Shown piece by piece: positions 10,308-19,842 of a stretch of DNA of 64,000 nucleotides. Position 1 is the first letter of the stretch; each line of letters starts with the position of its first letter. Position numbers and translations under genes: made by a program. Origin of the DNA: Bacillota bacterium (GTDB lineage Bacteria > Bacillota > DTU025); the NCBI GenBank assembly GCA_050951805.1, contig JBMNJT010000008.1:32001-96000 (forward strand), written 5' to 3'. The notes below the pieces were generated by a model. That model ran no database searches. It worked only from the letters and a program-made list of their open reading frames with translations, and was not told the DNA's origin.

Positions 10308-10329
10308 CTTTGTTTAGAATGCGAACATA
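10308..10329. promoter_or_regulatory. Putative ROK operator in the ROK/deoC divergent region
   Basis: CTTTGTTTAGAATGCGAACATA, matching 1691-1712. Confidence 0.5.
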
Positions 10330-10493
10330 TGGCCCGACATTAAGGATAAGCTGCGCGACTTTGTCTTCACACGCGTACAGGTCGTGTGGGGCCACGCTGT
10401 CTATCAACCGGGGCGCAGGGATGTCAAACTTGAGGGAGAATAGTAGCAGAAGGTGAAACTGATCGGGATCGACTGTGCATGGAGGTGCAACAG

Positions 10494-11273
10494 ATGGATA
10501 TTGACGGACTCATCAAGAAAGTCTCTTCCGAAGTGAGCAGTGCGGGAGAAGGCTTCAAGCGGGCTAGGGGGCGCGTCGAGGCGGTCAGGGCTAAGGTGAC
10601 GGGGCGGCCGCAAGGAGTTGACGCGAAGCTTGCGTCCATGATCGACCATACTCTGCTCAAACCTGATGCCACATGGGATCAGGTAGTAACGCTGTGTGAA
10701 GAAGCCGCCTTATACGGGTTTGCGTCTGTTTGTGTAAACCCGTGTTACTGCGGTTTTGCATACGAACTTCTGGAAGGGACCGATGTAGCCGTATGCACGG
10801 TCATCGGTTTTCCCTTAGGTGCCGCTACATCCATGGTCAAGGCGGTAGAAGTCAGGGACGCCATCGCGAGTGGCGCATCAGAGGTTGACATGGTCATGAA
10901 TATCGGCGCTCTCCGTGGTGGCGAACTCGACTGTGTTTTGCGGGATATCGAATCGGTGGTGGACGCGGCAGGAGGCCGCGCTCTTGTGAAAGTGATAATC
11001 GAGACGGGCCTTTTGACTGATGAAGAGAAGGTCAGGGCATGCCTCATCGCAAAGCGCGCAGGGGCTGATTTCGTCAAGACATCCACTGGGTTCGGGCATG
11101 GCGGAGCGACTGTGGAAGATGTGGCCCTGATGAGGCGGACTGTGGGACAGAGCATGGGGGTTAAGGCATCCGGAGGGATTCGTGATGCCGCTACTGCCCG
11201 GGCCATGATTGCCGCGGGCGCCAACAGGATAGGTGCGAGTGCTGGAGTGAAGATAGTCACTGAGAATGCGTAG
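10494..11273 (+). CDS. deoC: Deoxyribose-phosphate aldolase with an N-terminal extension
   Basis: [30 protein letters not shown]; GGAGGTG ribosome-binding site before ATG 10494. Confidence 0.95.
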   Translation: MDIDGLIKKVSSEVSSAGEGFKRARGRVEAVRAKVTGRPQGVDAKLASMIDHTLLKPDATWDQVVTLCEEAALYGFASVCVNPCYCGFAYELLEGTDVAVCTVIGFPLGAATSMVKAVEVRDAIASGASEVDMVMNIGALRGGELDCVLRDIESVVDAAGGRALVKVIIETGLLTDEEKVRACLIAKRAGADFVKTSTGFGHGGATVEDVALMRRTVGQSMGVKASGGIRDAATARAMIAAGANRIGASAGVKIVTENA

Positions 11274-11405
11274 CCTGGATAGAGCTCCGGCTTGGAAAAG
11301 AGGCTGTCAACGAGGCGGCGCGACGCTCTGCGACTTGAGGATGTTGCCGTTCTCTCTGCGCTGACATGGATCTGCCAAAGCAAGAGAGTTTTTGCATTCG
11401 GAGGT

Positions 11406-11437
11406 GTTACGGGCGGCGCTTTGGCGCCGCCCGTAAC
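11406..11437. terminator. Hairpin between convergent deoC and lplA
   Basis: Perfect 14-bp stem GTTACGGGCGGCGC-TTTG-GCGCCGCCCGTAAC. Confidence 0.7.
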
Positions 11438-11470
11438 TGTGTGCAGGGGAAGGCAAGCTGAAGTCGATCA

Positions 11471-12466
11471 TCAGACTGCTTTGGTGCCTGTGGTCAGCTT
11501 CAGAAACTCGTCGAGGCCGAGACCTTCCAGGTAATTTGCGACATTGAGGTCTTGGTATGCCTTGCTAAGGGTTTCTTTAGAGCATTCGATCCCCGTCAGC
11601 CCCGACTCGAGGTCATGTATGTCTCTTGCGGTAAAGAAATCTCCGTGAATCCTGCAAGATCGGATTATCCCTTCATCAACCCAAAGGTATACGGCTACCT
11701 CCCCACAGCCAAATCTTCCTCTGTTGCTTACGTTGTAGGCGGGCGATCTCCCGAAGTTCCACTCCCATTTGGCATATTTTGCCGACACGAGCTCGTTTAT
11801 CTCCTCTAGCTCCGCCTCTGTCAGGACTCGCGTTCGAACAGGGGCGCCCTGGAACAACTGGAGCAGAAGGGATTTCTGAAACTCCTCGATCGAAAGGGGA
11901 ACGGGCATGTAATCTATGAGATTTGTTACTCTGCTTTTGACTGACTTGACGCCTTTAGAGGCGATCTTGTCTGCTTTGACGTTGAGGGCTGCCTGCACGT
12001 TATCCAGGTCTGAGCTGTATAGGATTGTTCCGTGGTGGAGCACTCTGTCGTGGTAGATATACTGGGCGTTCCCGGAGAACTTCCGTCCGTCAATGGTCAG
12101 ATCGTTTCTCCCGCTTACTTCCACATCCAGGCCGACTCCCTGAAGGGCCTGGGCTATCCTGCGGGCAAACAGTTTCATGTCTATTCCCTCTGAGGTCTTG
12201 CGCTCGATGAAACTGAAGTTGAGGTTGCCCAGATCGTGGTAGACCGCTCCGCCGCCAGTCATTCGCCTCACTACGTGCACTCCGTGCTCCTCTACGTAGT
12301 CGGCATTGATTTCATCGGGCGTGTTCTGAAAGCGGCCTACGACAACTGTAGGGGCATTGCGCCAGAGGAGAAGGTAGGGATCATCCATATCGAGGTTTTT
12401 CAGTACGTATTCTTCAAATGCCAGGTTGAATCGGGGATCATTCGAATCGTTTGGTATGTAGAGCAT
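11471..12466 (-). CDS. lplA: Lipoate-protein ligase A
   Basis: NLAFEE, RRMTGGGAVYHD, KFSGNAQ, HHGT; AGGAGG ribosome-binding site before MLYIPN. Confidence 0.92.
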   Translation of the reverse strand: MLYIPNDSNDPRFNLAFEEYVLKNLDMDDPYLLLWRNAPTVVVGRFQNTPDEINADYVEEHGVHVVRRMTGGGAVYHDLGNLNFSFIERKTSEGIDMKLFARRIAQALQGVGLDVEVSGRNDLTIDGRKFSGNAQYIYHDRVLHHGTILYSSDLDNVQAALNVKADKIASKGVKSVKSRVTNLIDYMPVPLSIEEFQKSLLLQLFQGAPVRTRVLTEAELEEINELVSAKYAKWEWNFGRSPAYNVSNRGRFGCGEVAVYLWVDEGIIRSCRIHGDFFTARDIHDLESGLTGIECSKETLSKAYQDLNVANYLEGLGLDEFLKLTTGTKAV

Positions 12467-12940
12467 AGCTATCCTCCTAAGCAGCTTGCCTGTCTGCCGA
12501 CCGCTCGACTGTGTTTGTTCGCCTACGAGCTTGGCACGTGATTTTGGCGCAGTATATGCTGCCGAGAGCGCAGGACGCGAAACGTAGGGTGCGGAGCGCG
12601 ACGCGTGCAGGCCTCGGCGTTGCAAGTCTAATGATACTATGGACTTCGGAAAGTGCCAATCTCAGGTCTGCGGAAGGTTGGCGTGAGGCTTTTGTTGAGG
12701 CGCACGCGCGAATGAGGGGGCCAAAGATACTGATTACTCGAATACCACGAGCATTTCGCAGACCGCATAGGCTCGAGTCAGAGTGCGGGACAAAATGCCT
12801 CTTTAGCAGCTATGGTTACAAGTCTACCCAGATCGGAAATTGGGATCATACCATATAGATTCAATAGCGAAGATTTCATGGGACAAGTGTTCCATACCGG
12901 ATATGCTCGAGCTCAGGCTAGAGCGGAGTTAGGGAGTCGT

Positions 12941-12986
12941 GCCGGGCCCGATTCAAGCCTAAGAAGGCCTGAAATCGGCGCCCGGC
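12941..12986. terminator. Hairpin downstream of the 13014-13589 gene
   Basis: GCCGGGC-CCGATTCAAGCCT..AGGCCTGAAATCGG-CGCCCGGC. Confidence 0.45.
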
Positions 12987-13013
12987 CGGGGTCGTATGCG
13001 TTGTGGAATCCGT

Positions 13014-13589
13014 CTACATAGTAGCCAGTTTCTGATCGAGCAGATCGGATAGGGCCTTCAACATCTTTGGCCCGTCTGCCATGAGGCGTTTGCGCGCCTC
13101 TTTGGGGATCTCGATCTCCTGAATCATCTTCATTGCCTTGCTGCGTTGTGCGGGGGAGAGTATCTTTACAGCTTCCTTCTGAGCATCTGAAAGCGCTTTG
13201 CCTATGGCAGCCTTTTCGTCTGCGATCTCGCTTTCGGCTCCGTGAACCGCGTCCCCCGCAGGACCTGCCAGCAGTTCGTTCTTCTCGATTTCCAGCTGTT
13301 TGACGATTGCATCTATGCCCTTGGTAACCTCGTCGTCTAGGTTGTGGGCGAGTTTGGCCAAGGACTTCACCTGTTCCTTTGAAAGGCCTAGATCATCCAC
13401 GGCCTTGAGGATCTTGACTTCCGCAACGAGTTTCGCTGCAGGTGCCTGGAGTGACCCGGAGCCTTCGATTGTCAGTCCCTCCGCTTCAGCGTCTGCAGTC
13501 TTGGGCGGAGTGGTTTTTGCGTACGCTAGTGCGCCTGCTGTGAGCAATAGCCCGGCCAGGACGGTGGCGAGGAGTGGTTTGGTTTTCAT
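13014..13589 (-). CDS. Exported helical hypothetical protein (possibly Spy/CpxP-like)
   Basis: Signal peptide MKTKPLLA...ALAYA; LGLSKEQ and ILSPAQR resemble LTxxQ repeats; GGAGG ribosome-binding site. Confidence 0.65.
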   Translation of the reverse strand: MKTKPLLATVLAGLLLTAGALAYAKTTPPKTADAEAEGLTIEGSGSLQAPAAKLVAEVKILKAVDDLGLSKEQVKSLAKLAHNLDDEVTKGIDAIVKQLEIEKNELLAGPAGDAVHGAESEIADEKAAIGKALSDAQKEAVKILSPAQRSKAMKMIQEIEIPKEARKRLMADGPKMLKALSDLLDQKLATM

Positions 13590-13949
13590 GGTGCAACCTC
13601 CCTGAGAAAGTAGTATCGTCAGTAATGATAAACGAAAGATGGGCGGCATAGTTCAGGGGAATGCATGGGTTGCGATGCTCTTCAGTCCAACTCGGGCAGG
13701 GCTTGGAAAGACAGGGACGGTCAGGGCCGATAAGACTTTCCGCGGGCGCCTGTTGTGGGGGACGGCTTGGAAGTTGCCTGGTGCAAGTGATGAGGGGAAT
13801 AGCAGGCAAAGAACGGGTCCGCGAAGTTTATGAGTTCCTGTTGAGAAGGAACCTTGCGAAACGTGTTGAAGCGCCTAAAGGTGGGAATGGGGCCAGTGTC
13901 AGACTGCGGCATCCACTGCCGCACAAATCGGTTGCATGGGGGCAGGGTT

Positions 13950-14885
13950 ATGAAAAACTTATGGATTGTCAAGGATGAAGTAACAGATGCGCTCAATCAG
14001 GAGAGGCCTGTGTTGGCTTTCGAGTCGACTGTTCTGACTCATGGGCTTCCTTATCCTGTGAGCAGGGACTTGGCCTTGCGGGTGGAGTCGATTGCCCGCG
14101 AGGAGGGGTGTGTTCCTGCAACTATGGGCATTATAGACGGCGTTGTGCATGTTGGAATGACACCGGAAGAGATAGACCGCCTGGCGGCTGACGGTGCTGC
14201 CTCTAGGGCTGTCAAGGCATCTGGACACGACATAGCATTTGTCGTTGCTTCTAGGATGTCTGCAGGGGTCACCGTCTCCGGCACGCTTGCCATCGCCGAG
14301 CGCGCCGGGGTACGAGTGTTCGCAACTGGCGGAATTGGAGGCGTCCATCGGGGCGCGTCCGAGACCTTCGACATTTCCCACGATCTTGTCAGCATTGCCC
14401 GTTCGCCCGTGGTTACTGTGTGCGCAGGCGCGAAGGCGATACTTGATCTGCCCAAAACCATGGAATACCTGGAGACTGTGGGAGTGTGCGTGCTGGGATA
14501 CAGAACTGATAGACTTCCGGCGTTCTACTCTGCCGATTCTGGGATTCCGCTCTCTTGGCGAGTCGAGTCCGCCGACGAAGTTGCGGATGCTTTTTGGGCT
14601 AGAGAGGAATTGGGAATCCATGGCGGGCTCTTGGTGGCAGCTCCTATTCCGGCGGAGAAGGAGCTTTCCTCCGAAGAGATCGATGCGGCTATTGAAGATG
14701 CCGTGGCGCTCGCCGATGAGCGGGGTGTGCGTGGGAAGGCCCTTACGCCTTATCTTCTTGCCCGGCTTGCGGAGACGACCGGGGGAAGGTCGGTCGAGGC
14801 AAACCTGGGATTGCTCGAGAACAATGCCCGGGTTGGAGCGGAGATAGCCAGGGCTATATCGTGCAAGCTTTGCGAGCGGGGATAG
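13950..14885 (+). CDS. psuG: Pseudouridine-5'-phosphate glycosidase
   Basis: ESTVLTHGLPYP, TGGIGGVHRG, GAKAILD, GKALTPYLL. Confidence 0.93.
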   Translation: MKNLWIVKDEVTDALNQERPVLAFESTVLTHGLPYPVSRDLALRVESIAREEGCVPATMGIIDGVVHVGMTPEEIDRLAADGAASRAVKASGHDIAFVVASRMSAGVTVSGTLAIAERAGVRVFATGGIGGVHRGASETFDISHDLVSIARSPVVTVCAGAKAILDLPKTMEYLETVGVCVLGYRTDRLPAFYSADSGIPLSWRVESADEVADAFWAREELGIHGGLLVAAPIPAEKELSSEEIDAAIEDAVALADERGVRGKALTPYLLARLAETTGGRSVEANLGLLENNARVGAEIARAISCKLCERG

Positions 14886-15010
14886 CTTGCGGCACTTCGA
14901 CTCCAAGAAGTGGGACATTGCAGGCGGGCCGAGGCCCTGTTGTGTGGGAAGTGTGTGCCGTGAACCCGGCACGTTTGGCCTGCACGAGACTATTTGCGGG
15001 AGGAGATAAA

Positions 15011-15502
15011 ATGGAAGCTATAGATGCAATCCGGGGAAGGCGAAGCGTGCGCAAGTATCGGCCTGATCCTGTGCCCCGAGAGATCATAGAGGAGATTGTG
15101 GATTGCGGCAGGTTGGCGCCGAGTGCCCGGAATGATCAGCCATGGGAATTCGTTGTAGTGACTGAGCAGTCGATCAGGGAAGAGATAGCAGCTGTAGCTA
15201 CATACGGGAAGTTCATAGCCGATGCCCCTGTATGTCTTGTGGCATTTTCTCGCCAGACTCCGCGCTTTGTGGAGGATACGTGCGCGGCCTTTCAGAACAT
15301 GCTGGTTGCCGCCTACGCCCATGGTTTGGGCACGTGCTGGATTGCGGGGCACAACACGCCGTATGAGAAGGAGATAGCGCGCATATGCAAGGCCCCTGGA
15401 GACTACCGTCTGGTGGCGCTCTCTCCCCTTGGCTACCCGGATGAGGAATGCACGGTTCACAAGCGCGAGCTTCAAGAGGTGCTGCACTGGGAGAGCTTCT
15501 AG
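15011..15502 (+). CDS. Nitroreductase family protein
   Basis: RRSVRKY, APSARNDQPW, GLGTCW, LGYP; AGGAG ribosome-binding site. Confidence 0.9.
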   Translation: MEAIDAIRGRRSVRKYRPDPVPREIIEEIVDCGRLAPSARNDQPWEFVVVTEQSIREEIAAVATYGKFIADAPVCLVAFSRQTPRFVEDTCAAFQNMLVAAYAHGLGTCWIAGHNTPYEKEIARICKAPGDYRLVALSPLGYPDEECTVHKRELQEVLHWESF

Positions 15503-15613
15503 GGGGATCTAGATTAGCCTCTTTTGGCCCGTTCCATAGTTGTCCAGGAGCAATTCATCGACTGTCCTTTGCGGGGCGGACGCGAAGTTGGAGGTTGAGC
15601 GGAAATATCGGCA

Positions 15614-17578
15614 GTGGCAAGGCCTTCTAGGAAAAACGGGGAATATGAAAGGGCGTTGCCGCCGACACTGCTGGCGCTGGGCATGGCCGCGGTTCTAATA
15701 GTTGTGGGTGCAGTGGGCGGCGCAATATGGATGCAGCTTCGGGTTCCTCCACAGCTTTGCGCTGTGCTCGCCGAGGCGGGCGGAGGCAGCGGGACTCAGT
15801 TTGGCGAGAACGATGTGGCTGCGCTGGTGCGCTATGTACAGAAATGCTCGTCGGCGGGCTTTCCGGATGTCCCGCTCACACGGATCCAAAAGATTATAGG
15901 CGAGCGTTCCAGCGTGGCGGCTGTAGAGGCAAACCAGGAGGTCGAGGCCGAATTGGCAAGGGAGGCTCACGAGGCGGTTCTCCGGCAAAACGGGGGAGAA
16001 TGGGGCTCAAAGTTCCATCGGCTCAGAATAGATGGAATAGTCGACGGACTGTCTCATGTGGCGGGTGATGATGCTTCGGGATACAAAATCGCCATGCTCG
16101 ACACTCCACAGATCAATGCCTTTTCTACCGCGGACGGGAGGATATACCTTACCCGAGGCTTGGTCACTACGTCTTCGGATGACGAGATTGCCCTCGTCAT
16201 CGCCCACGAAATGCATCACATACGTTCAGGCCACTGGATCAACTGGTGGGCGCTGAGTGCGGGAGACGGCAGCTTTGATGCTGACACGGAAAACCCGCAG
16301 GAAGGCGGCGCGATGGCCGAGGCTGCACTGGCCTTGGTAAAGATGGGGACAAAGGCGTTTTCAGGTGAGGCGTCCACATCGTATGAGCAGGAATACGAAG
16401 CTGACGCCATGGCGATATTGCATGCGGCCGAGTGCGGCTATTGTGTGCGAAGAATATTCCGGATCCTGACGCGTCTGCCCGAGATGCCTGTCACGAGCCA
16501 TCCTACTTCGTCCGACAGGATAGAGGGGGCGAGTGAGGTTCTCGAGTCTATGGGGGATCCTTCATGGATTGCGGTGCACAACCCGGCTGAGGTTGCACGC
16601 CTTGCTTTGGAAAACGCCATTGCCGCCTTGCGAGGGGATAGACCGGGAATATGTGCGCAAGTTGTGGGCTTGGACGAGGTGGCTTCAATTTGTGCAAGGA
16701 CTTTGAAGACGCTGGAAGGCGTGGAGGATGAGATGAGGGCCTACAACTGGCTGGGTCATGGGTGGCCGTATGCCGACGGCAGCAGGATGGTGGTTCGCAC
16801 CGCCCTTTTCACGCCGGTGTTGTGTGCGGTCGATGTCGGGGTTGAGACGACTCTGGGCCATTCTTCTGCGGGAACCCCCGGAGTACTGGGAGGCAGACTG
16901 TGGCTGGTTCGTAGGGACGGAGTATGGGTGGTCGTATTGGGCCAGGCATTCTCGAAGGCGCGTCCGGTCTCTTCCCACTGGTCGATGGTCGGGGATGAAC
17001 TGGGCAACGCCTGGCGTTGGGTAGGTAGAGGAGGGTGGTTAGCTTCGGGCAGTTCTGCGCAGGTGGTTTGGGATGGCAATAATGGAGATGCGGGCGCGGC
17101 CCGGGGCGTGTTGGAGGCCGCTGCGCGCTGGCGGGATACGAGCATTATCGACTTCGGGGAGCACCTTTCGACTTATGCAAAGGGCAGGATAGAGTATGTG
17201 AATAACGCCAATTTGGAGGATGAAGGTGGAGCGAGCAAGGATACTGGGGCTTTTGCCGGGGGAAGTTCTGGCTGTGATTGCAAACAGAATACGGCATCGG
17301 TCGATGGCGGTCATGACCGAATGAACTCTGGTGCATGGCAAGGTGATCAGGAAGATGGGAGCCTTGAAGCGATAGGCTGGGCGCAGTTTTTAAGCGGACG
17401 GAAGGCCCAAAACTGGGCGTGGAGCGTCAGGTGTGATGTGCACAGTCGTACTTTGGCGACGGTTACCTTTTCGTCTGCAATAAGCCTCGATGAAGTGCCC
17501 ATAACGAGCAACTTCACGAGGCTCACGATGGTTCTAGAGGACGGCGAGTGGAAGGTGGCGTCTGTCAGTCTGCAGTGA
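15614..17578 (+). CDS. Membrane-anchored M48 family metallopeptidase with a long unassigned C-terminus
   Basis: N-terminal transmembrane segment; INAFS..DGRIY; HEMHH; EYEAD; SHP. Confidence 0.8.
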   Translation: MARPSRKNGEYERALPPTLLALGMAAVLIVVGAVGGAIWMQLRVPPQLCAVLAEAGGGSGTQFGENDVAALVRYVQKCSSAGFPDVPLTRIQKIIGERSSVAAVEANQEVEAELAREAHEAVLRQNGGEWGSKFHRLRIDGIVDGLSHVAGDDASGYKIAMLDTPQINAFSTADGRIYLTRGLVTTSSDDEIALVIAHEMHHIRSGHWINWWALSAGDGSFDADTENPQEGGAMAEAALALVKMGTKAFSGEASTSYEQEYEADAMAILHAAECGYCVRRIFRILTRLPEMPVTSHPTSSDRIEGASEVLESMGDPSWIAVHNPAEVARLALENAIAALRGDRPGICAQVVGLDEVASICARTLKTLEGVEDEMRAYNWLGHGWPYADGSRMVVRTALFTPVLCAVDVGVETTLGHSSAGTPGVLGGRLWLVRRDGVWVVVLGQAFSKARPVSSHWSMVGDELGNAWRWVGRGGWLASGSSAQVVWDGNNGDAGAARGVLEAAARWRDTSIIDFGEHLSTYAKGRIEYVNNANLEDEGGASKDTGAFAGGSSGCDCKQNTASVDGGHDRMNSGAWQGDQEDGSLEAIGWAQFLSGRKAQNWAWSVRCDVHSRTLATVTFSSAISLDEVPITSNFTRLTMVLEDGEWKVASVSLQ

Positions 17579-18362
17579 AATACAGGGTGATACATGTTTT
17601 TGCGGTGTTGATCTCAACAGGCCTTGACACGTCCACTATTCCGAGGCTTGCATCGAGGTTCGACAGGACATGGTCGAGCACCTCAGAGGGGATGCTCATG
17701 GATGCAACTGCATCTAGACCGGATGAAGCCACTGACCCGCCTGCTTGGTTGGCAATAGCTGAAAGCTCTTTGAGCGAGTCATCTGTCAACGCTGATTTGA
17801 GGCTGACTTCTACCGCCGCTGCGCTGTCGCCTGCCTGAGGCGCAAAGCCCATCGCCTTGATATCGGACGTCACGGCTAGCATGCCTCGAATGTTCCCTTC
17901 GCCGTATGCCAATTCATCTTGCCTTTCTTCTATGGAGGCAGCGTTTCTCCGGGACGGGGCATCTGCAAGCTGTGTCACGTCAGGGCGCGCGGGCTTCAGC
18001 CAGTTCGTGGTGAAAATCGATATGATTACGATAGCGGCTGCGGCTACAGCTGCATATCTCGCATAAAGCGGCCTGACCTTGCTGCCGCTCTTTTTACGGG
18101 GCTTTTCCGATGCAGGCTTGTTCATTCCGGCTGCGCTCTCTGCACGCCTGGCTGCATCGGCTCTGGCCTCTGCCATGAACTCCTGTTTGAGGCTGGCCCG
18201 AAATTCGGGGGTTGCCGCTATACCGGAGTGAAGGGCCTCGATGATAGCGAGGTCCTTTTCGCATGTGGCGTCGTCTTCGAAGCACTCGTGCGAAAAGCCC
18301 GTCGGAGTGGATGCATCTATTCTCTTGTTCTTATGGCCCAGATCATCGCATTGCATTTGCAT
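17565..18362 (-). CDS. Putative membrane anti-sigma factor
   Basis: Overlaps the ECF sigma stop; one transmembrane segment (AAVAAAAIVIISIF). Confidence 0.65.
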   Translation of the reverse strand: MQMQCDDLGHKNKRIDASTPTGFSHECFEDDATCEKDLAIIEALHSGIAATPEFRASLKQEFMAEARADAARRAESAAGMNKPASEKPRKKSGSKVRPLYARYAAVAAAAIVIISIFTTNWLKPARPDVTQLADAPSRRNAASIEERQDELAYGEGNIRGMLAVTSDIKAMGFAPQAGDSAAAVEVSLKSALTDDSLKELSAIANQAGGSVASSGLDAVASMSIPSEVLDHVLSNLDASLGIVDVSRPVEINTAKTCITLYFTAD

Positions 18363-18948
18363 TCACCTCACTGTCAGAGGAACACATGGATCGCAGGGCG
18401 CCAATTGCCCTATTCAACCTGGACTTCACTGTTCCCAGTTCGATCCCGAGTTGGTCTGCGATCTCTTGATAGCTCAGTTCCATGAAATACCTGAGCTCAA
18501 TGACTGTACGCTGATGGGGCGGAAGCCCCTCAAGTTTGCTCATTACATAGCGGGCGAAATCATCCTCGCACGCCAGTTCTTCGGGTCCGCGGGAGTCGTC
18601 TTTGATCTCGCGCGGCACAGAGTCGCCGTCATCCATCATCATGTCTGCGTCCAGCGACAGAGCCGGACGCTTTTTTCTCAGAAAGTCGGTTATCGCATTG
18701 TTCGATACAGTGTATATCCACGTCGAGAGCTTTGAGTCACCCCTGAACGTGCCGAGGGATCTGCATAGTTTCATAAAAACGGCGGATGTTACGTCTTCGG
18801 CGTCGGGGGTATTTCCCAGCTTCGAGTAGGCCAGCCTGTATATGCGATCGAAGTATCTATCGTAGATAGCTTCCATTCCTCTCGGGTCGCCCGAAAGGTG
18901 AAGCTCTATAAGCTGCTCATCAGAGAGATCCGTATACACCTGGCTCAC
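18343..18948 (-). CDS. ECF sigma-70 factor (start may be GTG 18939)
   Basis: DAEDVTS, STWIY, region 4 LSYQEIADQLGIELGTVKSRLNRA. Confidence 0.93.
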   Translation of the reverse strand: MSQVYTDLSDEQLIELHLSGDPRGMEAIYDRYFDRIYRLAYSKLGNTPDAEDVTSAVFMKLCRSLGTFRGDSKLSTWIYTVSNNAITDFLRKKRPALSLDADMMMDDGDSVPREIKDDSRGPEELACEDDFARYVMSKLEGLPPHQRTVIELRYFMELSYQEIADQLGIELGTVKSRLNRAIGALRSMCSSDSEVNANAMR

Positions 18949-19539
18949 CCCTTAGGATGCCTGTCGATTCCTGCTGGGGGTGGCGATAAAATCCGCAATC
19001 CCCAACAGAATAGTACTACGGCATCCGCCCTGGTGTTCCTGCCTGCCTCAGCCAAATGATTGCTGGCAGGTAGGAGGGGCAAGTTTCCGGGGGAGATAGG
19101 CGACGGTTCAGGCCTAGGCCTTTCACTCCGGGCATACTCCTTCTCAACCGATATGACGCGGCTTGAAAGAGGAAGTTCCAAATGCGGGGCGGAGGGAAAT
19201 CCGAGCGTCTGATCTTTGGGGTTTTGGCAAAGGGGACATGCCATGAAGACAGAGGTTTCGGCCTGAACATTGTAAAGCAGGTACGGAGTGTAGAACTTGT
19301 TTCCGGTAGCAATGCTCATTAGGTTGGCTGCGTCCTAGTGTTGGCCATCGGGCTTATTCTCCTTTAGGTTGAAACACGGTGAGAGGTTTGTGCAGGATTG
19401 CTGAAGGGCTTTTGCGTTCATTCTATAATTATAGAGGGGAAGGCAAGGCGAAAGGCGGGCGGGATTTTGAAGCGAAGCGGTGTTGGCGCAAGCTGAGGCG
19501 CCTGCTAATAGCCGGGATTTTTGGCTAGGAGGGAGTGTA

Positions 19540-19842
19540 GTGGCGGTCAGGTTCAAAAAGTCGAAGAAAATCGGCAAATACGGCAGGATAAACCTGAGCA
19601 AATCGGGGGTCGGCGCTTCTATTGGTGTCCCGGGTTTTCGGGTCAGTGTCAGCCCGGATGGGAAGATCAGGCGCACTGTGAGCATTCCAGGCACGGGAAT
19701 CTATGATACGAAGGTTGTGGGCTCAGCAAAACCCGAGGCGCATAAGGCAAAGCAGGCGCCCAAACGGGCGTGCCAGGCGTGTGGGCGAGCTGCCGGACAG
19801 AAGGATGTTTTCTGTCGGTACTGTGGAGCGAGGCTGTTGTAG
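19540..19842 (+). CDS. DUF4236-like protein with a C-terminal zinc ribbon
   Basis: RFKKSKKI..GRINLSKSGVGASIG...SIPGTGIY; CQAC/CRYC; AGGAGG ribosome-binding site. Confidence 0.8.
   Translation: MAVRFKKSKKIGKYGRINLSKSGVGASIGVPGFRVSVSPDGKIRRTVSIPGTGIYDTKVVGSAKPEAHKAKQAPKRACQACGRAAGQKDVFCRYCGARLL

Noticed and set aside
12864-12882. 17/19 match to 1711-1729 (ATAGYGAAGATTTCATG)
   Set aside because: Matches of this quality are expected by chance in 64 kb, and the two contexts are unrelated.
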